From Rhizophagus irregularis (taxonomy: Eukaryota): 64,000 nucleotides of DNA. This document shows positions 50,445 to 61,521 of the stretch, piece by piece (position 1 is the first letter of the stretch; each line of letters starts with the position of its first letter). The stretch lies in contig NC_089435.1 in assembly GCF_026210795.1 (NCBI RefSeq), forward strand, positions 1,674,001 through 1,738,000, read 5' to 3'. The notes under the pieces were generated by a model that did no database searches, had not been told where the DNA came from, and was given only the letters and a program-made list of their open reading frames with translations. Both the position numbers and the translations under genes were made by a program.

Positions 50445-52080
50445 CTACAAAAAAGAAAGTAAAGAAACGTTAGTTAACGTTTCTTAAAAAAAAATTAATA
50501 AAAATTAAGTTTCACAACCAATGTTGCGAAACTCACCGGTTCGTTTTGATTTCCATTATCCAAACGTCCGGAACCTACAAAAAGTAAAAAAGAAATGTTA
50601 GGTAATATTTCTTTTAAAAAAAAAGAACAAAAATTAAGTTTCGCAATGTAACATTGCAAAACTTACCGGTCGTTTCATTCATTCTAACATCTGGAACCTA
50701 CAAAAAGTAAAAAAGAAATGTTAGTTAACGTTTCTTTTAATAAAAAAAAAACAAAATTAAGTTTCGCAATGTAACATTGCGAAACTTACCGGTCATTTCA
50801 TTCATTCTAACGTCCGGAACCTACAAAAGTAAAAAAGAAACGTTAGTTAACGTTTCTTTTAATAAAAAAAAACAAAAATTAAGTTTCGCAATGTAACATT
50901 GCGAAACTTACCGGTCGTTTCATTCATTCTAACGTCTGGAACCTACAAAAATTAAAAGAAAGAAACGTTTAGTATCGTTTCTTTAAAAAAAATTAATAAA
51001 AATTGTTTCGCAACACAATGTTGCGAAACTTACCGGTTCATTTCGAAGTTCATTATCCAAACGTCCAGAATCTACAAAAATTAAAAGAAAGAAACGTTTA
51101 GTATCATTTCTTTAAAAAAAAATAATTAAAAAAATAAGTTTCACAATACAATATTGCGAAACTCACCGGTTCGTTTCGATTTCTATTATCCAAATGTCCG
51201 GAATCTACAAAAAGTAAAAGAAACGTACGTTAGTATCGTTTCTTTAAAAAAAAACATAATTAAAATTAAGTTTTGCAACAATTGTTGCAAAACTTACCGG
51301 TTCATTTCGAGTTTCAAACGTCCAGAACCTACAAAAAAAAAAGAAAGAAACGTTAGTTAACGTTTCTTTTAATAAAAAAAATCAATAAATTAAGTTTCGC
51401 AACGATTCGTTGCAAAACTCACCGGTTCGTTTCATCCAAACGTCTGGAACCTACAAAAAGAAGGAAAGAAACATTAGTTAACGTTTCTTTTAATAAAAAA
51501 AAAAATTTAACAAAAAAAAGAAAATATTACCTTTCTTCCAAAGTCCGGGTCATAATTTCGTCCGGCGTTCTTACAAAAAGAAGAAAGGAAACGTTAGAAA
51601 CGTTTCCTAAAAGAAATTAAAAAAAAAAGTAAGTTTTGAACACGAAACTTACCATTTCACTTTCCGAAGTTGAAGACCTACACAAAAGAAAAATAGGAAA
51701 CGTTAGAAACGTTTCCTTACAAAAAAGAATTAAAAAAATTTTTTTTAAAAAAGTTTTGAAGCGAACGCTTCGAAACTTACCATTTTCGTTTCCTCGTTTC
51801 CTAAGTCAAAAATACCGAAAGACCCAAAAAAAAAATAAAGGATCGTTAAAAATGATCCTTATAAAAGCAAAAAAAAAAATTTATTTTAAAGTTTCAAAGC
51901 GAAACGCTTCGAAACTTACCATAATTTCAGTAGTCAAAACATCGAAAATCCTACAAAAAAGAAAGAAAGGAAATGTTAGAAACGTTTCCTTACAACAAAG
52001 AATTAAAAAAAAAAAATTTAAATTTAAAAAAGTTTCGAAGCGTTTCACTTCGAAACTTACCATTGTTTTTCTGAAAGACG
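50445..52080 (-). repeat. Array of about 13 units (~125 bp), each a hairpin-containing intron plus a short exon
   Basis: Units have GTAAGT/GTGAGT donors, TTTTGTAG acceptors and two palindromes. Exons include 50537-50574, 50667-50697, 50790-50820, 50912-50942 and 51034-51071. Confidence 0.75.
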
Positions 52081-52084
52081 GTTC

Positions 52085-52357
52085 TGGGAAGGGGAAAGGG
52101 AATGGGGAAGGAGTGGGAGGAAAAAGGGAAGGGGAAGGGTGGAGGAAGGAAGGAAGGGGAGGAGAAGGAGAGAAAGAGGGAAGAGGAAGGTGAGAGAAAG
52201 AGGGAAGGGGAAGGCGAGAGAAAAAAGAGGGAAGGGGAAGGTGAAAGAAAGAGGGAAGGGAAAGGTGAAAGAAAGAGGGAAGGGTAAGGTGAGAGAAAGA
52301 GGAAAGGGGAAGGTGAAAGAAAGAGGGAAGGGGAAGGGCAAAAGAAAAAAGAGGTAA
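52085..52357. repeat. Purine-rich tract with ~24-bp units (GGGAAGGGGAAGGTGAAAGAAAGA)
   Basis: Almost purely A/G on the plus strand. Confidence 0.85.
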
Positions 52358-55300
52358 AGGCGTGAGAAAAAAAATATTAAGCTTTTGCTAAAAAAGCTTA
52401 ATTTTTTTTTTTCGTTATACTGCAGCTGAAGCTGCGGTAATTATTAAGTAATATCACGTGACGCACATGATATATAATTTTATATAAATAGGGGCTTTCT
52501 CCCACCCCAGAATTTTTTTTTTTTATTTTAATAATTTTAAATAGATGTATATATATGCTTATATATACATATATATATATCTATTAACTAATACTTTACA
52601 AAAAGCCCCTCCTCTGTAAACAGGTAGAGGTCATAAAGTACCTATAGGGGGAGAGCCATTGCTGCTCCCTCCACCTGTTTATAGTGACAAAAAGAGAGAG
52701 TCTTCAGTAGTAAGGTTTAGTATTAAATTACATCACAACACATCGTGTTATATTAACAATGTGTTTAATGTTAAATAATGCATTTAAAATATAAATATTA
52801 TAAATTTAATAATGTACGTAATTAAATAAATAAAAATTATCATCAATTTTTAATGTAATTAAGTGTAATGCTACGTTATCCAATGTAATTGTAGTATTTT
52901 TTTTGTGTTTTTTAGTGCAATTCCGCGTTTTTTAGTGCAATTCCGCATTTTCTAGCATAATGTTACATTTTCCAGTATAACGCGAAATTTTTTTAAAAAA
53001 AAATGATAATTGTGGTACTTTTTAGTGTAATGCTACATTGTCTAGTGCAATTGTGGTATTTTTTAGTGCAATTCTGAATTTTCTAGCATAATGTTACATT
53101 TTCCAGCATAACACGAAATTTTCTAAAAAATATGATAATTGTGGTACTTTTTAGTGTAATGCTACATTGTCTAGTGTAATTGTGGTATTTTTTAGTGCAA
53201 TGCCACATAATCTAGTATAGTGCTACATTTTTTAGTATAATTTAATGTAATGTGGAATTTTCCAAAAAATGAGATAATTGTGATGCTTTTTAGTGTAATT
53301 TGGTGAAATGCTACATTTTCCAGTGTAATGCTATATTACTGAGCATTTTCAAAAAAAAATGTAAAATCTTAACATTCTGACGAAAATGAAACATTTTGAC
53401 TAAAAAAACATAAAATTTGCTGAAAATATGCAACATTTGACAGAAAATATAGAATTTTCATAAAAAAATATACCATTTGCAAGAAAATCGGAATATTTGA
53501 CAAAATTTGAATTTAATTGACAATGTTATAACAATTTTATGAAATGTTGTTACAATGATATCACATTGAAGATAAAATGTGGCATTTTCATAAAAATGCA
53601 CCATTTGCAAGAAAATCGGAACATTTGACAAAAAAAAAGCAAAATTTGATTTTAATTGACAATGTTATAACAATTTTATTAAATGTTATTACATTTGAGG
53701 TGAAATGTGAAATTTTCATAAAAATGCACCATTTGCAAGAAAATTGGAACATTTAACAAAAAAAAAGCAAAATTTGATTTTAATGACAATGTTATAACAA
53801 TGTTACGAAATGTTACAAAAATGTTACATTTGAGATATAATGTAGCATTTTCCTAAAATTTCATAAGATTTGCTAAATCGGACAATGTTGTAACAATGCT
53901 ATTCCAAAAAATTGCTTAGCGTAATGCAGCATTTTCCACAATTTCCCACCATTTTCCAGGAAAATGGGGAATTTGCATTTTTTGAATTTTGGACAATGGC
54001 GCCCCTTCGACCTGTGATTTTCTATCAACAGACAATTTTCACCTGATACTGTGAAAAAGTATTTTAAACGTTTACGCCAACTATTAATAGATAAATTAGT
54101 AGCGATTAAAAATAGACTTTCTTATTCGGCTAAAAATAGACAAACCAAAACTTATATCCGGTTCAGTTCTGGAACTCACGTGATCTATCTTGGATTTTAT
54201 TTTCGCTGTAGTGACACTTGCACCCAACCAGTGGCCTTTGTACTTCCGAATAATCAATGGCAATGCAATAAACATTTTACTCCTGTACCAGGGTTAAGAT
54301 CAAAAACCACACAACGGAAAGGAAAAGATTACAAAACTGTTAATTTTAATCCAGGGAAAGAAGTTCACTCAACACATTTAGGTTTGAAATATAACGTAAT
54401 TGTCAAACGTTATAATGAATGGAAAGGAAAGAATAATTCCAATTTAAAAGAAGTGATGGAACCTATTATAACTAATAGAAATGGTAAATCTACAACTAGA
54501 CCATTTTACAAAGAATACAAAAATTTTGAGTTTTACGATAATAGAACACCACAACAAGTCAAAAGATGGAATCGTTTAAAACATCGCATCATCAATCATG
54601 AAGAATACTTATATCATAGTACACCCTTTTTATTAAAAGAGAATTCTACAGTATTTAAAAAAGTATCTCATCTTGTGGAACGGGAACCCTCATATGAGAA
54701 ATCTGAGGAGGATAAATTATTGGATCAACTTACCCGGAAACATGCCAAGAATTGGCAACGACGCGTTAATAATCGTAATAAACTCAAGAAAAAATTACCT
54801 GCACTACCTGTTGATTTTAGGGGTGATGCTCGGAATTATTATTTTCAAACATATAACATCAATTTATTCGCTTATAAAGTTAGAAGGCGATATGATTTGT
54901 CCAACATTCCTCAATGTCAATATGGCTACTTGAAGGCCAAGAGGCTTTATAATAATTATATGGATCGCAAAAGTTTACGTCCTCCTATTATTAGACAACC
55001 ATCTCCTCCTCAAATTATTAGTCAACCCACACAACCTCAAATTGATCCTCTTGCGCATAATGCCTTGAGGGTCGCTCAATATGAAAATGCACGAGCTATG
55101 TTAGCTTTTCATCAAAATTCTACTGCTTTTAAGACACTTGCTTCGTCAATTGTTAAACCTACATTGCCGCCAATAGTTTATCCTAGTGCAAAAGAAAAAG
55201 CTCGTTTAAATGCTTTGGCTAATGATGACACACCCTCACCTAATTCTAATCAAACTACTAACAATTTATTCCCGAGACAAATAGCATGACCTCGGTCTAA

Positions 55301-57313
55301 AAAGATTACCCCTTCTACGAATACCGTTGATAATTGTAATACACCTCCATCTGGTCCTAGTCGAACCACTACTGATTCACCCCCGAGACCTATTGCGCGA
55401 CCTCGGAGAAGGAAAACTGATTTACCACCTACGCCTGAGTCGGACATTTACCCTTTTAAATAATAGTACACTTAAATTTGAATAGACACCCAAATTTTAA
55501 AAGACATCTAAATTTTAATAGACACCCAAATTGAATAGACACTCAAATTTTAATAGACACCCAAAAATTATATACACCCAAACAAAAAACATTTACGGAC
55601 CTTTTTATAATACATCATTTTGTATATGACAGTATTTACATACAATAGCTAGTAATAGTTAAAAGAAAAATACGCATGATAGATTAGAACTCCCTTTTTA
55701 GTTTTGTTCATCCTTGATTTCATGGTTTACCTGCTCCTTCATCGGTCGTGTTGTTGGAGCAGTCTATCATATATAATAATTAGATAGGGTCTGCCCCTCG
55801 GGATAGATGATGGACTAAATGTTGGGCACATTTCTTTTGATAAATGCCCTCTTAGAATAGTTCTTCCGACTTTACATAAAATAAATAAATAAATAAATAA
55901 ATACTTAAAATTTTATCTAAATATAATACTACGCCTCATAATTCGGCATTATCTCATTGTTACGTATCAAAAATCACAAAATAGAGAAAATTTTCTTAAT
56001 ACATATTAAATATATAAAATTTTTTAAAAGTCATTAAGAAAATGATCGGCATATACTTAATTTTTTTATCATACTTAATGCTTATAAAACTATTATAAAT
56101 CAATAATTTAATGAAATTATAATTATTTAAATTATATTGTTAAACAGATGTATTATTTTTTTATTAAATATTTATATTAAAATTATTTACAATTAAGTAT
56201 ACGCAAAATTTTTTTAAGTAAAACTAGAAAATAAGAATCTGCTGTCGCCACAAAGACAAGTCAATTTTTAATTTTTATCAGAAGGAAAATTAATAATGCA
56301 TTCAAAAGCTTTGGTTTTTCTGCTATAAAATACTACGTAACACTTTCATTTTGTTGCACTGGATGCAGCGATACTTTACGATAGTAATTTTTACTGATTT
56401 ATAGCCAGATCTTAATTATAAAAATATAAGTTGCCGAAAATCAAATTCAAATTACATATATTGCTCAGTCTTAATATATATTTTCTCGAGTTTAAGTCAA
56501 AAAACTTGTGGAAAGAGTTCGCTGATCTTTGTATCGTTTCTTTAAGTATATGTATCGTTAAATTTCACTAAAAATATAAGTTAAAACATTAATGATAATT
56601 TTATGGTATAGTGAAACTTTAAGTATTAATTTTCATAAAAGAAAAGGAAACAAATATTTTGTTTAAAGTAATAAATTTTTTGTATACTTCGTTTCTATAA
56701 ATTCACATAAAATTAATTTTTTTAGTATTTCCTAAACTTAATTGGTAAAATCAGTTTGATAAATATTTACTTTATTATATTCAAATTTTTATTATTTTGG
56801 AGAAAAATATCTCAATAAATCCATTAATAACTTTAGTAACTTTTTGACCTCATGAAAGACGATTAAAGTTGTATCTATATATACTATTTAATTACATAAG
56901 TTTTTATTTTTTTAAGCGAAGCATAGTTAAAATTACTGATACATGATTTTATTTATTGTTTTTTCCAATAGTAGAAGTCAGAAGCTTCTTGCCGGAAAAA
57001 GAGATTATAAAGTTCAACCAAAAATTCGGAATTTATACCAATTTTGCATTATTTAGGTTTAACAAGTATAGCTATTAACTTTATTAAAACTAATAGAACA
57101 ATTTTATTGTTTACATTATTGCTTATTGTAAAAATAGAAATTATAGGTAAGCTGTAACCGGATATTTAAATATTCTCATAACAAAATGTGGCAGTACAAA
57201 AATGAAAAATAGTAACTGTTGATCTGTAATTACTGATTTTGAATATATTATTTCTTTATTTAGGCTTACCAAACTGATTTACAATTACATTACGTAAATT
57301 TTTATTTATAGTA

Positions 57314-57615
57314 CTAGCCGTTAACCCGTTGCTTTGCAACGGTATATATATATATAAAAAAGCGTGACCTGTATGTAACAATTAATTCTGGCCGGAATTA
57401 TGTGATCGGCGCAGAAATTTCCTTTTATGGAGTATTTGTGAAACCAAAATTTCCTATTTTGTGGGAAGCAAAATTTCCTTTTTGAAAGTTGGTGTAATGT
57501 CATGTGATAAAGTGCCCAATAGGAGCGATGTTACGCAATTCAAATTTATTTATACAGGGTAGTCTAAACATTACGGTTACACACAAAAACAATTATTATA
57601 TAGTATAGATATAGA
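57314..57615 (-). mobile_element. 302-bp mini-Helitron
   Basis: Minus strand A|TCTATATCTA...hairpin CCGTTGCAAAGCAACGG...CTAG|T; shares the GGGTAGTCTAAAC-TTACGG motif with 6271-9930. Confidence 0.75.
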
Positions 57616-58367
57616 TGTACTTGAATAGTAATGCTTTGTATATATTTCTATTACAATATTACAATATGAGATTATTACCGCTTAAATTTTAGTATTAAAT
57701 TTTGTAAATTATATTTATAGGGACGCGTTTAATAGTTATATTGTTCATTTTTCTTAAATCAAATTATAAATCAAATTATAAATAGTATTGCTAAATATCA
57801 CCGCTGGTGATTGTCATCTTACCAGAATTAGGGTAGAATTTTGGGCAGAATTAAAAATGACATGAAAATCTGGTCATTTTCATTATAAAAACCGATAACT
57901 TTTTTTCATTATAAAATTTTTTAGTCCTTTTCTAATAGATAAATTAGTGATATAGTAGGGCAAACTTGGGGGTTCTGGGACAGCGGCTATCACATAGGTC
58001 TAACCATAATTTAGTGTACCCCCAGACCACCTAGCCTTGTTTTCTGATATGATAACACTATACCTGTTTTTCTATCCCCAGACCACCTAACCTTGATTCC
58101 CGATATGTTAATACTTGATAGCTAAAAAAGAACCCCCAAGTGTTGTAGATAAGATTAAAATCATATATTCCTAGGCATTATTACCACGCATGGATCCATT
58201 CCAGGGTATCATAATTTTATGCTATATCAGATTGCCTTTATAAGTGCCAAAGGTATGAAGGACACGAAGTGTCTGTAATACCGATAGCACGATTCAGCAA
58301 TCTATTGTGGCATACTATTTTTATGATACTCTAAAATGGATTCATTCGATGATTTAAGCCATTCATG

Positions 58368-58800
58368 CTCTAACCAAAAATTTTTAACAGGAAGGCAACT
58401 AGACATATTGTAAAGCTTTTCCTGCTATACGAAAAAATCTGGGACAGCGAAGTCTAACCAAAAATCTAACCCAGGTCTAACCAAAAATGTATAGCAGGAA
58501 GGCAACTAGATATATTTTAAAGCTTTTCCTCCTATACGAAAAAATCTGGGACAGCGAAGTCTAACCAAAAATCCAACCCAGGTCTAACCAAAAAATGTAT
58601 AGCAGGAAGGTAACTAGACATATTGTAAAGCTTTTTCTGCAATACGAAAAAATCTGGGACAACAGGTCTAACCAAAAGTCTAACCAAAAATCCGTCCAAG
58701 GTCTAACCAAAAAATATACAGCAGGAAGACAACTAGACATATTGTAAAGCTTCCCCTGCAATACGAAAAAATCTGAGACAATGAAGTCTAACCAAAATTT
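58368..58800. repeat. About four copies of a 107-119-bp repeat upstream of the pPolB gene
   Basis: AGGAAGGCAACTAGACATATTGTAAAGC and GTCTAACCAAAA recur; there is an internal inverted pair TATAGCAGGAAG / CTTTTCCTGCTATA. Confidence 0.85.
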
Positions 58801-58935
58801 AACCCTAATCATAAATTGCTCTGATTCTTTGACGAAGCCTATTTTCATACCGATTTTGATAGTAATAAGATGGGAAACATTTTAGAATTTATTAATTGAA
58901 GAAAAAAATTTTTAGGTTATTAGTACACAACCAGT

Positions 58936-61521
58936 ATGGCAACAAGCAATCGAACTTGTGATAGATGTGGAAAGGCTTTTGCAACTCCACAAAAGCTTCG
59001 TGGGCATCAAAATAGAAAGTTTCTATGCAAGCCTGCAGCTAAACCTCAGGATCCCACACCTGAGATTGTACAATTGCAACCACAACTGGAGCAATTCCAG
59101 GATCCCACACCTGAAATTGTACAATTGCAATCACAACCGGAGCAACTCCAGGATCCCACACCTGAAGTTATCCCAGCTCATGCAGAGAAAACTCCTAACT
59201 TAACAATTGATGAACTAGCAAAATGGTTAGCAGAACCTGGTGATTACAATCAATATACTCCACGAAAAAGAAGAGCTCCCCAAACAGATAATGAATGGTT
59301 TGCTTATATGCAAGGAGATTATAGAGGAAGATGGTGTGATATTCAATTTGTAAAAAGAGTTCATGATCCTGCACGTTCACATAAATCTCTAAAACATAAG
59401 ACAGTATGGCAAGCTAATCTTAAACCAAATGTTAGAGATATACCATATTTTCCAAGTATAATAGCTGATACCCGTCAGAAAATAACAGAAATTCTTGAGA
59501 GTGAACTTGAAGAAAAAGGGCAAATCAAATCAGCTATCACTATATTGGCTACATATACAGATAATAGTGGAACAAATAAACAAGTTTATCATAGAGGAGT
59601 CATGCGTGTACTTCTTTTAAAGAATGATATAGATGATCATTTAACAAAATCAGCAGTGGATATCACGGATAAAATTGTCAAATTTATGAAAGGAGGGTCT
59701 GGTTGGAAAATTGTTAGTATAGATATATTAACTATTGAGACGTATACTTACCGCCGAGCAGAAGGAAGCTCATACATTCTTACACCTAAGGCACTTGCAA
59801 ATAAGAAGTGCACTATCAATCCGGATAACAAAGATCTCATAGATCCGGACACAGGCTTGCTCTCTGAAAAATGTTTGCAAGGGGCTTTAGGTGCTTACTT
59901 TGCATATAAAGATGGGCATACACAAAAACTTGAGCGAATCTTTCGGGCAGAAAAATTTAAGCCATACTTGGAACAAGTCAATCTCAATGCAATTCCCATG
60001 CCCACTCCTGTTTATCCACGCATATTTAGCAAGATTGAGGACCTCAATCCTGAGATCTCCATTAATGTATGGGAATGGGAGGAGAAAACTGGTATTCCAA
60101 AACCTGTTATTGCAAGTAAGAATTACAACCGTCAACATATCATTCACCTCATGGCCCTTACAGATATTACAAAATCAGATGAAGGAAAGTATGGTCAGAA
60201 GAATCACTTCCTTTGGATTAAGAATCCTGATGCTTTAATATACAAAGATACATCCCACAAGGGAAAGAAGCATCTTTGCAATCGGTGCTTCCAAAGCTTT
60301 CCATTGTCTAAATCTTTAACTAATCATCAGGAATGGTGTTTTGGATTAGGTGAGACACCACAAAGAGTTGAGTTACCAGTTAAAGGTAAGAATGATTTTG
60401 AGGAGTTTAAGAATTTTAACCGAACAATGTATGCTCCATGTGTAATTATTGCAGACTTTGAGGCTGATAACAGAAAGTGTAATGAAAACTATGGTGGAAA
60501 TATGCATAAGATTATGGAGCAAAAGGCTAATAGCTTCTGCTATATGGTCCACTGGATTGAAACTGATGAGACATGGGGGCCATTCTTATACCGAGGACCA
60601 AATGCAACAGAAGAGTTTGTCAGCAGACTTGATAAAGAATTAAGAAGGATTAATGATGTTTTAGAAGTAAAAGTAGAACGTATTATAACAGAGGAAGCTA
60701 AAAAGGAATTCACTGAAGCAGTTAGTTGTTGGATATGTAATGGAAATTTCAATCAGGGCATGCAAGACAAAAAAGTTTGGGATCACTGCCACATCACAGG
60801 TAAGTTTCGTGGGGCTGCTCATAATGCATGCAATCTTAAGCTTCAAATCGAAGCATGGAAGACTCCAATTCCTGTAGTATTTCATAACTTCCGTGGCTAT
60901 GACTTCCATTTAGTTTGTGAATCTGTTGGACGATCAATTGGAGCATATCAAATCAAAGTTATTGCAGAGACATTCGAACGTTACAAATCCATGAAGGTAG
61001 GGCAATTCAAGTACATTGATAGCATGCAGTTCATGTCCTCCAGTCTTGCAAACCTTGCAAAGAATTTAGGGACAGATAAACCCCTCACAAAGCGACACTT
61101 CAAAAACTTCTCGTCTGAACATATTGACTTAATCACACGTAAGGGGGTTTATCCTTATGAATATATTGATTCACATGATCGTTTCAAGGAGACAGAACTC
61201 CCATCTATTCATGACTTTCATAGTACTCTTGGAGGAAAGATCACTCAGGATAATTACAAACATGCACAAAAAGTTTGGAAGGAATTTGGCTGCAAGAACT
61301 TGGGCGAGTATCATGACCTTTATCTTAAGACTGATGTTCTTCTCCTAGCAGATGTCTGGACAAAGTTTCGACAGACAGCGATGCATCATTATGGACTTGA
61401 CCCAAGTCATTATGTCTCTGCTCCAGCACTTTCATGGGATGGCATGCTTAAGATGACTGGAGTCAAAATAGAGCTATTCACTGACATGACCATGCATGAT
61501 TTTACTGAAAAGGCTAAACGT
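58936..61521 (+). pseudogene. Polinton/Maverick-type protein-primed family B DNA polymerase, truncated before the polymerase domain
   Basis: N-terminal C2H2 finger (CDRC..H..), a second Zn finger, exonuclease motifs ADFE, HNFRGYD and YLKTDV, endonuclease-VII-like DHCHITGKFRGAAHNACN, and RKGVYPYEY. Homology stops at EKAKR, where RGG and the polymerase motifs should follow. Confidence 0.85.

Larger units (their letters stand above)
49491..54016. mobile_element. Non-autonomous CACTA/CMC-like DNA transposon, 4526 bp
   Basis: TIRs CACAGGTCGAA....CATTGTC and GACAATG....TTCGACCTGTG, 3-bp TSD ATT (49488-49490, 54017-54019), and long degenerate subterminal repeats (about 49550-50260 and 52860-53990). 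No transposase seen. Confidence 0.85.
48994..55289 (+). pseudogene. Retroposon ORF of unknown function interrupted at 49490/54020
   Basis: Removing 49491-54019 restores the frame: ..GTYLAFIFSINRQFSPDTVKKYFKRLRQLLIDKL.., which aligns by eye with ..KGLQHFFSSQKVIPRRIQKKYFNMIRQKLLDRI.. of ORF 13615-14460. The true start is uncertain. Confidence 0.75.
48883..55897 (+). mobile_element. Second RT-less retroposon (about 2.5 kb originally), split by a CACTA-like insertion
   Basis: 18-bp TSD with one mismatch (TAAATACT[A/T]AAAATTTTA at 48865-48882 and 55898-55915), a (TAAA)n tail, and a 5' end AnCTCTTCCCCCTTT..TCCGCAGTAT like the element at 11882-14627. Confidence 0.75.

Noticed and set aside
51154..52357. 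Lys-rich and Gly/Glu/Arg-rich ORFs (51154, 51636, 52057, 52102, 52139)
   Set aside because: By-products of the repeat array and purine tract.
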